Positions 21,979-34,364 of a DNA stretch of 64,000 nt are shown here, piece by piece (positions within the stretch are counted from its first letter, which is position 1; the number at the start of each line of letters is the position of its first letter). The notes beneath the pieces are model-generated. The model was not told the DNA's origin and made no database searches. It saw nothing but the letters and a program-made list of their open reading frames with translations. This DNA is from Isurus oxyrinchus. Taxonomy: Eukaryota. A program made the position numbers and the translations under genes. The DNA lies in the NCBI GenBank assembly GCA_026770705.1, contig JANJGN010000003.1, positions 115,940,001-116,004,000 on the forward strand. The letters are read 5' to 3'.

Positions 21979-24231
21979 ATGGCCAGAGGTCAGAGCCAAG
22001 GCACATCAAGGCTCACCATGCAGGACAGTAAGGCGGGTGGTCACTGTGTGCTCAGGTTTTCAGACGAGTGCCTTGCTGCCCTCCTGGAAGAGGTGGCAGC
22101 ACGGCGGCATGTGCTTGTCCCCGAGGACAGGAGGAGAAATCCACCCCACTTCACCAAGCGTGTGTGGGAGGATGTAGTGGAGATTGTGACCTCCCGCGAC
22201 GTGGTGCTGTGCTCATGGACCCAGTGCCGCAAGCGCTTCAACGACCTGCTGCACATGAGAAGGGTGAATAGCATGTTGGCATTGTTCATTCACCCATCAT
22301 GTAAGTTTCTCCCCCACTGGTGGACCACCCATGTCTGAGTGGCTTGAGAGTAGCGAGTCTTTGATGGCATATGTCCTCAGCTGGGCGGGCCAGCAGATAT
22401 TCCCTATGCGTTGGTCAGCCTGAGAGGGTTGTGATAAGATGGGTTCTGCACCCGCAGCATGTGGGTGGACTGACACCCACATGACTGTGGTGTGGGCGAC
22501 CTGGAAAACCTGCACCCAGGCACAGTGCTCGACCTCCAGAACATGTCGAAGTCAGGGTGATGACATGTTGGGAGGGGATGTTCAAGGTGGTGTGGCACAG
22601 ATAGATCTGCTGCCCTCTGTGCTCCACATCATTGTGCCTCCTTGTACGGCAGGTGTGTGCTCCCAAGTGTGATGAAGGCCAAGGGTGCGTGGAAGGGAAA
22701 GACACACCTGGCATATTTGTGTGAATGTTCGGCAGCAGCGGGGGAAGGATGCATTGCACCCCTGCAATGGGCAACTGGGCTTGGGGTGGGCTGGCTGCCA
22801 GGACATTGACAGTACAAATATCACTTATCAATGCTATTTTTTCATTTCCAGGAGAAGAATTCTCATAACACCACCAAGTGGCTGAGGACTGACCATGGGC
22901 CAGACCAGATTTTGCTGCTTAGCCGTTTTGAGCAGGAGGCCCTTGATCTGGAGAGGTGGCATGCACCCAGGTCCACTGGAGCCGGAGAGGCTGGGGTTCC
23001 ACAGGCAGGTATGTTAGGCCAGCACTCACGTTACCAGTAGTCTCCCAACAGCCATGGCAGTGCTGATTGTTCAGTGAGTGATGTCACCAACATGGCTTTC
23101 CCATTGCGTGTGGAATGATGAACACATGATGCTCCGGGGGACAGGCATATACATTGACATTGCCCACATGCTAGGCTGATCGAATTTCCTTACTCTCCTT
23201 TTAGCATCAGCGGTGCAGAGCCGGGACCCGGAGCAGCAGGGACCCCCTCTGACACCTGAGGGACATGGAATTGCACCATCAGAAGCATCACACCATCTCT
23301 GCCGGGCAGGCACCAGCGCAGATACTGGCACCTTGGTGGGCATCACACCTTCGGCTAGTGTCCCAGAACACAGCAGTGAGGGCACTTCACAGTCGCTGGA
23401 GGAAGTAGCGGAGACTAAAAATGCCGATGGCTCCCACAATCAGAGGACTGCAGGGGCCCAGTGTTGCTGGAGGGGCTGGTGGAGACAGAGAGTGCCCATG
23501 GCGCCAGCAGTTGGAGGACTGCAGGGGCCCAGTCACATGCTCAGTCCATGGCCGATGATGAACCTCTGGAGCCGTTGGCGATGCAGCCAACTGATGAGAT
23601 GCAGCTGGGTGTGTGGGAGCATCTGGTGGAGATACATGAGGCTGTTCTTGGCTTAGTGTCAGTGGTGGAGGAGTCCACGCTGACCGTAACCAATGCATTG
23701 AGCTTCATGGCTGTGCACCAAGCTTCCTCCATAGAGAGAGTGGCGACTCTCATGGAGAGGCAGCTCCAGGGACGGCATCAAGGGTTCCTGGGGTTGCGCT
23801 CAGATCTGCAACCCCTCACAGTGGCATTGATCTCAGGTGGTCAGTGCCCGTGTAGGTGGTGGTTTGAGCACCAGGTCTCCCACCTCGGTGCCCATTAATC
23901 TACACTGAGCAGGGAGGGCCGAACGGACTTCATGTCGGCTGAGCAGCTGCCTGGCATCTCTGCGGGCACCTCTCAGGGTGGCAGCTCCTCTGCCCCTCTG
24001 TCAGTGACCCCGGCACCCAATGAGGCTGCAACGACTGGGGAGATGCCAGCTGCGGTGCTAGCAGCTCCCTCCTAGGCGAGGCAAACAAAGACTCCACAGG
24101 CCAGGGAACATTTGCCAAGGACATTGTGGCCAACAGGACAGGAGAGAGAGCAGCCTGTCTCATATGCCAGTGCCAGCGAGGGGACAGCACAAAGAAGTAG
24201 CACCCACAAATGTAAAATGAAGGCACCTTAG
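21979..24231 (+). pseudogene. Harbinger Myb/SANT-like gene, 3 exons (21979-22263, 22852-23008, 23205-24231), disrupted in exon 3
   Basis: RFSDECLAALLEEVAARRHVLVP...WTQCRKRFNDLLH. GT-AG introns with compatible phases (AGG|GTGAAT...TTTCCAG|GAG; CAG|GTATGT...CTTTTAG|CA). Frameshifts and stops downstream. Confidence 0.85.
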
Positions 24232-24532
24232 GCACATCCTGGGCTCTTCACTGGTGGGTTTTTGTTGGCCCCCCTATGAGTCCCTTCTGATTGTGTGTGA
24301 AGTGCAACATCAATTTATTTCTCTTATGTCAAGAGACTTTTGTTACAGCATTAAATTTATGTCGTCTAAAATGGCTGGGGCAGGTGCATGGATTCCTGAG
24401 ATTTGATGAGTGATTTGTGTGTCATTTACATTTATTGACTGGGCCCATCATCAATGCTCCTATTCTGACAGATTTTGTACTAAGAATGGAGGCTGCAGCC
24501 CAGGCTTGTGTTGGAGGACCATATGTGCTGTG

Positions 24533-25769
24533 CTAGCTGAAGGTTCCTTGGACTAGAGTGTCCCAGGTGTCCTTGCCTCCCTGGAGTATGCCCGGGTCAG
24601 TGTGTGCTCCCTCAGCATTTCCCTAGGTGTGCTCATCCTCGGACTCACTGCTGAACTCATCGTGTTCAGCCGCAGCCACTCCACCTACATCTTCTTCGTC
24701 CACAGCACCCCGCTTTGCAGCACAAGATTATGGAGTGCGCAGCATGCAACTGCTATCACCGAGACACGATCTGGGGGGGTACTAAAGTGCGCCCCCAGAA
24801 CGGTCCAGGCATCGGAAGCGCATCTTGAGAAGACTGATGATTCTCTCCACCACAGCCCTTGTGGAGGTGTGGCTCCTATAGTACCGCTGCTCAGCTTCTG
24901 TTCTTGGATGGCGGAGAGGTGTCATGAGCCACCTTCTGAGGGGATAGCCCTTGTCACCCAGCAGCCATCCATCCAGCCGAGCTGGAGGACTGAAGACCCC
25001 GGCACCTGGGAGTGTCTGAGGATGTAAAGCGTCGTGGGAGCTGCCTGAGTAGCTTGCACTGACTTGTCGAATCAGCATCCTGTGATCACACACTATCTGC
25101 ACATACATGGAGTGGAAGTCCTTCCTGTTGATGATGGCACTGGGCTCACCTGCTAGTGCCTTGATGGCCACATATGTGCAGTCTATAGCACCCTGGATGC
25201 AGGGGAAGCCAGCAATGGCCGCGAAGCCTCTGGCTCGCTGTGTCTGGCTGGCCTCATCCCAGCGGTAGTGGATGAAGGTCAATGCATGCCTGAACAGAGC
25301 GTCGGTGACCTGCTTGACATAAGTGTGGACAGCTGATTGCGAAACATCACAAAGATCACCCACCAGCCCCTGGAAGGAGCCAGAGGCATAGAGGTTGAGG
25401 GCAGCTGTGACCTTTAGAGCCACTAACATGGGGTGTCCACCCACACATTTAGTTGGGAATCTCTGGACCAATCATCTGACAGAAATAGTTGACTGTCTCC
25501 CTTGACAGATGGAGCCTCCTTTGGCACTGTACATCAGACATATTGAGGTAGCTGCTTCACCTTCTTTAAACCCTGGCAGCAGGATAGTGGCATCATCTGC
25601 AGTCCCTTGAGCCTTGGACTACCTCTTGGCACTGCGTCCCTTGTGCTTGCACCTGTCCTCCCAAAGGTGGCTCCCCTGCAGGCTGAATGTGCACTCCTGG
25701 CCTCCTCCCCCTTCTAGCCCTCCCTTCCTCCTCAGATGAGGTGCCTCCAGTGGAGAGATCACCTCCCAT
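24533..25769 (-). pseudogene. HARBI1-like DDE transposase, frameshifted
   Basis: [88 protein letters not shown]; several stops and frameshifts. Confidence 0.92.
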
Positions 25770-26265
25770 TCCCAGGCTCAGGGAGGCTTCCTGAAACCTA
25801 CAGGCCCCAAAACAAATCCTCACTGCAAAGTGCTGACCTGAAGACTATGAGTCCAGTCCAAACAGCTGGTATGCGTTTGCAACTTTTCCACCTCACACAG
25901 GCAAGTTTCACTAACTTCTGAGCAGTAACTCTTAAATGTCTGGATTCGTGAACCCACTGAGCCCTCTTCTCCTGCCCGTGGATGAACTTCTTGCAAATTT
26001 CTAATACCCGCCTGCCTGTTGCATCCATACAACGAGCCGAAGATCACATGGGCGCCTTAAAATCCAGGTCAATTGGATCCTCAAGGGGCTTAAGTGGCCC
26101 GTTAGTTAATGGCGGGCGCACAACAGACATCTTCGTGCACCCACCCACCAAAATATCACAATGGCGCACAGTGACTTCGGGACGTGCGCCCAACGTCACC
26201 GCACATCATATTATGCGGCAGCTTGCAGGTCCCACCCCCTGTACGCCAATGGAAAAATTCTGCCC

Positions 26266-27260
26266 CTGGACTCCATGGGATAAACTATGAGGAGAGATTA
26301 CGCAAACTACATTTGTATTCCCTGGAATTTACAAGGTTAAGGGTGATCTGATCAAAGTTTTCAAGATATTACAGGGAATAGATAGGGTAGATTGGGACAA
26401 ACTATTTCCAATTGTTGAGGAGTCTAGGACTTGGGGGACATTGTCTAAAATTTAGAGCCAGACCATTCAAGAGTGAAATTAGGAAATATTTTTGCACAGA
26501 AGGGTGGTAGAAGTTTGAAACTTTCTTCCGCAGACTGCAATTGATGCTAAATCAAGTGTTCACAGGACCACAGAATCACAGAATCAGAATCACAGAATCA
26601 CAGTGCAGAAGAGGCCCTTCAGCCCATCGAGTCTGCTCCGACATATGAGAAACACCTGACCTACCTACCTAATCCCATTTACCAGAACTTGGCCCATAGC
26701 CTTGAATGTTATGATGTGCCAAGTGCTCATCCAGGTTCTTTTTAAAGGATGTGAGGCAACGCGTCTCCACCACCCTCCCAGGCAATGCATTACAGACCTT
26801 CACCACCTTCTGGGTAAAAATGTTTTTCCTCACATCCTCTCTAAACCTCCTGCCCCTCACCTTGAACCTATGCCCTCTTGTGACTGAGCCTTCAACTAAG
26901 GGGAACAGCTGCTTCCTATCCACCCTGTCCATGCCCCTCATAATCTCTTACACCTTGATCAGGTCGCCCCTCAGTCTTCTCCACTCCAACAAAAACAACC
27001 TTTCTTCATAACTTAAATGTTTCATCCCAGGCAACATCCTGGTGAATCTCCTTTGCACCCCCTTCAGTGCAATCACATCCTTCCTATAATGTGGTGTGTT
27101 AATTTTAAAACTGAGATTGATGGATTTTTGTTAGCCAAAGGTATTAAGGGATATGGGGCAAATGTGGGTATATGGAGTTAGTTGCAGATCAGCCACAATT
27201 TAATTGAATAGCACTATAGGTTCTAAGGCTAAGTGGCCTACTCCTGTTTTATGCTCCCTG
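26266..27260 (+). mobile_element. Continuation of the CR1 3' end (interrupted by an inverted CR1 at about 26561-27095)
   Basis: GACTCCATGGGATAAACTATGAGGAGAGATTAC...AGGGGTGATCTGATCAAAGTTTTCAAG; resumes about 27097 through GGCTAAGTGGCCTACTCCTG. Confidence 0.75.
26561..27095 (-). mobile_element. Younger CR1 3' fragment with (ATTCTGTG)n-type tail
   Basis: MRGMDRVDRKQLFPLVEGSVTRGHRFKVRGRRFREDVRKNIFTQKVV; CACAGAAT repeats at the left end. Confidence 0.85.
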
Positions 27261-30200
27261 AGTAAGGGGCCTGATCACCAAACTCGGTTTTAAAAGGGAG
27301 GCCTTCATGGATCCAGGTCACCCTCTGAGCAAGATAATACCGATATGGTTGACTTCCATCTCTCCTCACTCAGCCAATATCTGTCACATGAATGTTGGGT
27401 TCTGGCCGTGGATTAGAAATGAGGACTCTCAGTTTAGCCAAGGTGGTCCCCACGCATGGTCTCCCTCACTGATGGAAATTCTATGCCGTGCAAGTCAATT
27501 AGGGATAATCCCTGAAACAGCAGAAATGCAGAGGAACTAGGTCTTCAACATGTCCCTGAGGGTTCTACCTGCCTATGGTACTGTGAAAGATTAACAAACA
27601 CTCTACAGAATTTCAGGGTCAGGGTCATTATCTTTACTATACAAGTCAAGGAAAACAATCAATAATTAGTTCAATTGACAACATCTGTTAAGTGAGGTAG
27701 ATTAGATCGACATTTCAATTTGACCAATTTGTTAATGTCTAAATAATGCAGTAAGTAATTTTACTGTAAATAAAGTGTGTAAACTTACAAATGGGAGCAT
27801 GGCAGCATAGAGTGCCAGAACACTGCCCTTTCACCTCTGGGATCCCAGTTGAAATCTATCTTGGACTGAATGATTCTCTGTTCGCTCTAATGCCTTAATG
27901 GATCAAAATGACACAAAGTTTAAGACAGTCCTCAGCAAGAAATTTAAAGCACCTCATGTTTAGCAGCAGGCAGTAAATAGGATATTAAATTATGTTTGCA
28001 GTTCTGAAGTGAGAACATGACTCATTAATGATATTTACCAACATCGCATTACTATTTGCAGTATTTATATTTTCAAGAAAATGTGCAGAATACAACATTA
28101 TTTATGTTCAAATAGTCTATTCCACTTCAAAGGTCTAATAGTGTGCTTCTCGTTGTTGTTGTGCCGGTTGTTGCAGCACACTTTTAAACTCAGCTGTATA
28201 TTTCACAGAAACGTGAAGCTAAAATGGGGATGCTATTTTATTTAGTGGCAAATTATTTTAAGCTGAGTAGAAGTAGAGCAATAGTAGAGCAATAGCAAAT
28301 GTAAAGTAAGAAACTGTGCTTTGCATTTCACTAATAAGACCCTGGCAGAAAACTATCAGTCTGACTGAATAGCACACAAAGAGCTATCATGCATTTCAGA
28401 TCACAGGGTCTGTTTTAAGTTAGTGTGATTGCTAGGAATTGAGGATGACACAGGTTGCGTAGGGGTGCTCAATATAAGCAGCCCTTCAGAATTCCACATC
28501 TAAACACCAGAAATCAGTAGCTGTGGACCTGTGTGTTTCTGTGTTGGTTTTACTTGTTTTTTGAACTGAGCTAGGAGTGCTGTACCACTAGACATTTTTC
28601 TCCCTGCTTGGTTTTAGTCAGCACACGATTTTGTTTCCTGTACAGCTAATTAAGGCTCTTTTACTGAAATTCTCCACATTCCACAAACATGAAGTAACAT
28701 TTTTGTGTATTAATTCTGTTTTCATGGTCAGTTTTTGTCACACAAGCAAATGTATGTCAGTTTGGCATTGCACACTAATTAGATTAATAATTTCAAACAA
28801 AACCTGATCCATTGATTACTGATGTCTTGTTTACTTAAGCCTTGTTTTGATTTTTTGCCTATGAGAAAATATGAAGTTCAATTTCCTTAGCTTTCAATGT
28901 TGAATTTTCAGAGAAACTGGCATAATGAGGAAAAATGTTTTTTGGAAGGGGTGATTGTCATCAAAATTGAAATGTCTGCGTGATAACAGAATCTGTCATG
29001 GCCCCTCAGAACATGTGCCCTCAGGAAAATAGTGGACAAAGAGGTCTTCATTGAGAAACACACAGCCATGTGGAGCCTCTCATCTCGAAGGCACCAGCAG
29101 GAATCCACTAATGTTTTTCTCACAGTCAAGAAAGCATAATAGGGAAAATCTATTACTGTTCAGAATGCAAATGAGTTAATAGCAAATGTAGCAGCACTGA
29201 AAGATTTTGTTGAATATTTTAGCTTGTTTGGCAGAGTGAGTTTTATTCCTGATTAGAAGTAAAGCTGGTTAACAAACAGAAACAATAAAAGCATTTGTCT
29301 GACACTTAGTCAGGCAGTCATTCAAAGTGTTCAACAAAATGTATAAATTTTGGTTATCAATTAACTACCAGAGGCAGTGCAGGGTCCCAGTGGTTACGAC
29401 ATTTGACTAGAAAACAAGTGATCATGAGTTGAAATGCTATCAGTAATTTGTAGACTAGCACCAGAAAAATAATAATGAGAGTTCCTGGACTCATTAATTA
29501 CCTTACCTAGCCCATACATACTCCAGGAACATAATATGGGTTGTCTCTTAATGCCTTCTGAAATGAGCTAACAAAATGTTTCTATCAAGTTCAAAAATAA
29601 GGGGAAAAAGGGGGTAACTCTGCAAAATTCTCTTTTCCAACAACTAGGGACTGGTACTCAAGATATTAAAAACTTTGTAAGACTATGTCATGTGAGAGTC
29701 ATCATCCCATAGTCAAGCACCCCTGGCCAAGTCCTGTTCCATTGGCCAATCAGACCCACCAGAGATGCGGGCACACTGCTGGGTAAATGTGGTTTTCACT
29801 CTAGATTGTCAATAATCATTGTTTCAGGTTAAACAAGGCCAAATAAAACCCCTGATGTTTACCACTGATGGTCCACACTTAACTGACACATCAGTGCTAT
29901 GTTGAATTTCACTAGGACAAGGTTCTGATGGATGCAATAGTACAGATTATCCAACTCCATGAGTAAATTAATAACATTACTGACTGAGCTGGCCTGAAAG
30001 ACCACGGATGTCAGACTGTATTTGGAATCAACCCAGAATCAACCCTAAGTGTGGTAGCAGGCGGGTAAAACAACAGCCGCAATGGCGGATTTTCATGCCA
30101 TGTCATCCCAAACCTACCACATTAATTATGCATTCCCGGGAAACACTCCATTTACATGGCAGGTGGGCTCTCATTTGCCCGCTACGCCATCACCTCACCA

Positions 30201-30285
30201 CTTCAGCACACCAGGTGCCATATTTAAAGTCCAGCCATGCGCACACATCTCAATGCTTCCAGCCAACGACTGCTGAAAAGAAGAC

Positions 30286-31877
30286 ATGGCCCTGAAAGAC
30301 AAAAAGACTTCAGCCCCCAGGTTCAATGACACATCCCTCAAGCACCTTATGGACACAGTGGAGGCTCGCCATGATGTTCCCTATCCCCGCTCTGGCTGCA
30401 GGCTGCTCAGCAACCTCACTAATCTGGCTTGGGAGGTGGTGGCAGCCATGGTTAGTGCCAATGCCTTTCAAATGAAGACAGGCACCCAGTGCCATTAGAG
30501 GATGAATGACCTCCTCTGTTCTATCAGGGTAAGGTACTCCTCATTACTCTCAACTCACACCGTCAAACATCCACAGGGTCCTCACTCACTGCCAGTTCAA
30601 GGGACATCACCATTCACTCTCACACACACTGTTATTGTCCTCAACCTATCCATGCCACCACTAACCACACACACATGCCAGGCAGACTCATCATCTGGCC
30701 GGGCAGGTGTCCTACTTACACACTCTCCATCCCTATTCATGCTGGACAAGCTGGCACACAACAAGGTCACAGACCTGTGGAGCAATGCCAGAAATCAAGG
30801 TCCTCATGGACTTTGAAAACAGGGCAATCCAGTTGGCCGGCGAGCATCTGGACCATTCCTGGACCGTCGGTGAGGGCGGTGCTGCTGTATCAAGTGAGGA
30901 TCCAGCAGTGCAACATCCATCAGACAACCATGCTGTGAGTGATGTGTCCTCTTTCACAGGCCACTGCCATGCATTAATTATCTCCCCTTGCTTCCTCAGG
31001 TACATCTGAGAAACAGCCGACAGAGTCTATGACCCAGGGCCTCCAATCAAGCCCTGAAGAAACCTCTCAAGAGGAATCTGAAGGCACCCTCCTTGAAGTC
31101 ACAGAACTCACAGTGCTCATCCCCTCCACCAGCTCAGAGACACAGACCTCGGTGAGACCCAGCTCTAGAGTAGCCTTGGGATCACAAACTGGTGAGCACA
31201 TTGCACTTTCTGTCCACAGCAAGTGGCTTCAGGGACTTCCCAGGTCTCCGGCACTCAGAGGACTGCTGGAGGCCAAATATTTGCTGAGTCTGAGTCACAT
31301 GACAAGCATCTGGACTCGTGTCACAGTTGCTGGAGCTGCAAAGGGATCAGGAAGGGATGTCCGCTGCGCTCCTTAGATTGCAAGGCACGATGGAGGAATC
31401 CATCTGCCTTCAAGCTGAGGTGATAGTGCCAGCATGCCAATGCACTGAGGTCAACACTATCCTACCAGTGTTGACGGTCACCACAGAGACCTAGATCCAG
31501 GCCATCGGTCCTGTACTGCTGCGTGGGCTCAACTCCATTGCTGACGCCATAGTTGGCCTCCAACAGTGTGTTTGTGAGAAGGGTGCCAGGCAGCTCAATC
31601 TCACTCCAGCTACACCTTCTCCTCAAGGAGTCAGCCAGGGACCTTTGGGCACCTATAGGGAGGAAGATCAGCACATGTACCCCTGGGGACCATCTATCAA
31701 GGTGACTCCTGGAGTGTCTGGCCCGTCCGAATCCCCCTCCTCCTGTGACCTCTGCAGCTCCAGCTCCACAGGCTGAGGAGGGTGCCACTGCCACACAGCA
31801 GAACACTGAAAGCAGGATGGATGGCTGGGGAAAACCAAGACATAGCAGCAAGGTTAGGAAAGTTAAAAAGATGTAGT
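30286..31877 (+). pseudogene. Myb/SANT-like gene remnant (exons about 30286-30528, 30745-30934, 31000-31877)
   Basis: MALKDKKTSAPRFNDTSLKHLMDTVEARHDV...AWEVVAAMVSA...TQCH*RMNDLL; donor AGG|GTAAGG; DKLAHNK exon 2; acceptor CTTCCTCAG; AATAAA at 31931. Confidence 0.7.
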
Positions 31878-32334
31878 TGCACAACCTGGGCATGGTTGTT
31901 AATCACTTGTACATACTGTTCATTATTGTGAATAAACTCACAAGAATGTGTCCCTGCCTATGGCTTCTTGTTCTGATGAGCAATGTTCATGCCACTCAGA
32001 TGTGAAATTTTTCTGCACAAGATAAAGGCAGGTGTCTCAGTCCAGTCCAATGTCTCTTCACTGTGCCCGTGCAGCCTTCAGACTAAAGTGATGGTCCAGC
32101 CTCACACTCCCTGCTCCCACCATTACTGCCAGAATGTTGTGGGCAGGCACCACAGGGTTTCATCATCTTCTCCACATGCTCTCAGCACTTTTAAGGTGGG
32201 GCTGGCTGCCAGCTCTTCAGCATCTGTGACCAGTGACGGTGTGCTCCTGAAGGGCTCAGGTGCTGAAGACAGACAAAGAATCAGACGCTTCTAAAATCTG
32301 ATGGTTGCGTCTTGATATGACCCTGAACACATGT

Positions 32335-32682
32335 ATTAACATGTTCTGCTTTCTTACCTTAATGCCAGTATCAGCACCTCCTTTAGCCCTTACCACTACC
32401 ATTAACACTCCCTTTGTCTTTTTGTTCATGACATCTTTGTCAATATTTCCTTAGCCCCCATCTATCGCTGGCCTTCTATCCAGCTTCACCTACTCCACTC
32501 CAATTAAACAGTATAAATTTCATCACATTTGTACTTTTCTTTAGCTCTGAAAAAGGGTCATGCGGACTCAAAACATTAACTCTGTTTCTCTCTACACAGA
32601 TGCTGTCAGACTTGCTGAGTTTTTCCAGCACTTTCTGTTTTTTAGTCAAATTTCCAGCATCTGCAGTATTTTGCTTTTATCC
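32335..32682 (+). mobile_element. Penelope-like 3' end with decayed hammerhead motif
   Basis: CTGAAAA-AGGGTC-ATGCG-GACTC-AAAACATTAACTC, then CTCTCTACACAGATGCTG...TTTCCAGCATCTGCAGTATTTTGCTTTT. Confidence 0.65.
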
Positions 32683-32761
32683 TACTATAAAATTTGGTGC
32701 CATGCTATGAACACTGTTCCCGCCCATGTGCCATTTTACCAGTGGTGGTGGGGCATCAGGA

Positions 32762-33205
32762 ATGATCCTGGGATGAAGGACTTATGAAGAAAGGTTGAAC
32801 AAGTTCGGCCTATACACATTGGAGTTTAGAAGAATGAGACAGGATTTTTTTGAAACACTTAAGGTCCTGAGGGGACTTGATAAAGTGGATACCCTGAGGA
32901 TGTTTCCTCTTGTGGGGGAGACTAGAACTAGGAGGCATAGTTTAAAAATAAGAGGTCCCCTTTTAAGACAGAGATGCAGAGAATTTTTTTTCTCTCAGAT
33001 GGTCATTAGTCTGTGAAATTCTCTTCCTCAAACAGCAGTGGAGGCTGGGTCATTGACTTTATTCAAGACTGAGTTCGATAGATTTTGGATAGATAAGAAA
33101 GTCAAGGGCAGACAAGAAAGTGAAGCTAAGGCCACAATCAGATCAGCTATGATCTTATCAAATGGCAGAGCAGACTCAAAGAGCCCACTCCTGCTCCTAA
33201 GTTCT
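32762..33205 (+). mobile_element. CR1 LINE 3' fragment
   Basis: LNKFGLYTLEFRRMRQDFFETLKVLRGLDKVDTLRMFPLVGETRTRRHSLKIRG. Confidence 0.85.
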
Positions 33206-33209
33206 ATGG

Positions 33210-33840
33210 TCCCAAACCCTAAGGCTGCCTGCCCATGGCCAAATTAATAGCCATTTAAGGGCATCCTCCCACCACTGCCACTATTTTACTCACAGCGTGG
33301 GAGGCCAGCGCCAAGTATCCAGCCCGGCATGTTTCAATGGGCAAACTGATGTCCAGTCAAGTGGGCGGGGAGTGGGGGATTGTCAACCTTACACCTGCTC
33401 ATCAGAATTCCCCCCCCCCCCCCCCCCACCAAGTTCTTCTCACCCTGCAATTCCCTATGCCCCACCAAGACCAACTTGGCCCCAATGCCCTCTTCCGCGT
33501 CTTCCAGCCTGGCCCTGGTGAGACTCAAGGCTTACCTTAAAGTGCAGGCTCTATCACAGCATGCCTTTTTCAGGACTAGCTACAGTCTTATCAGTAGCCA
33601 CCACTCCCAGTGATGCTGCAGAGACCGGAAAGCTGCTAGCCATTTGATTGGCTGGCAGCTCTCAGAGGCAGGATGTCATTTCCAATGGGGGCGGAAGGCC
33701 TGCCTCAAGCCAATGAACGGCAGCAGGGTGAGCCAGCTGACTATTACACTGGGGATGGAGGCACTGCTGTCCTCAACTCTACCCCATCACCCCCTGCTGC
33801 CACCCCACCCACCCACCCATTCCCAATAAAAATCACTTTG
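33210..33840. mobile_element. Non-autonomous GC-rich (probably Harbinger-type) element fragment
   Basis: GGCCAAATTAATAGCCATTTAAGGGC subterminal-like motif shared with other MITEs; poly-C tract. Confidence 0.4.
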
Positions 33841-34364
33841 GGTACTCACCTTTTGGAGCATGGGATACTTTGTCACAGGGAATGGTTGAGGCAGAGATTA
33901 TTGCATTCCTTAAGGACAATTAGGTAAGCAGTTGACAATTAAAGGCCATGGAGAAAGGCCATAGGGCAATGAGATAAGTTTTGGATTGCAGTAGCACAGA
34001 GATGGCATGTACACAGGACCTCCTTATGTGCTATAATTTCTTTGGTCCTTGGTCTTATTTCACTCTTGGTTTCTCTGTTAGTAACCCATGTTTAAATCTA
34101 AATGCATCAATAGAAACTCTGTACTTAAATCATGGGAATATTTTGGAGTAATCACATTCTATTAAATATTACTACTAAAATGTTACGCAGAATAAGAGAT
34201 TGATAGCATAAGCCTAGAAATTATTGTTGGCAACATTTTCAGAAGAATGCAAAACAGGTTAACAGGCATTAGTAACACCATCTGTTCAAATTGGTTTTTC
34301 AAATAGGTTCCCAAGACCGTGTCACAATTCATTCAATTTACGAACTAAATGTTATGCAAAGCTT

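Larger units (their letters stand above)
21760..26265. mobile_element. Near full-length PIF/Harbinger transposon (4506 bp), two convergent genes
   Basis: TIRs GGAGAGAATTTTCC / GGAAAAATTCTGCCC; TSD CTG (21757-21759, 26266-26268). Removing it restores the CR1 sequence ATGATATCTGGACTCC. Confidence 0.92.
30020..32760 (+). mobile_element. Harbinger derivative of a second family retaining the multi-exon Myb gene, no transposase core seen
   Basis: Left end homologous to the reverse complement of 2130-2360; Myb exons present; termini decayed and approximate. Confidence 0.65.

Noticed and set aside
24533-25769. Domesticated host HARBI1 gene
   Set aside because: Lies between TIRs with a TSD inside a CR1 and has stops and frameshifts, so it is a transposon copy.
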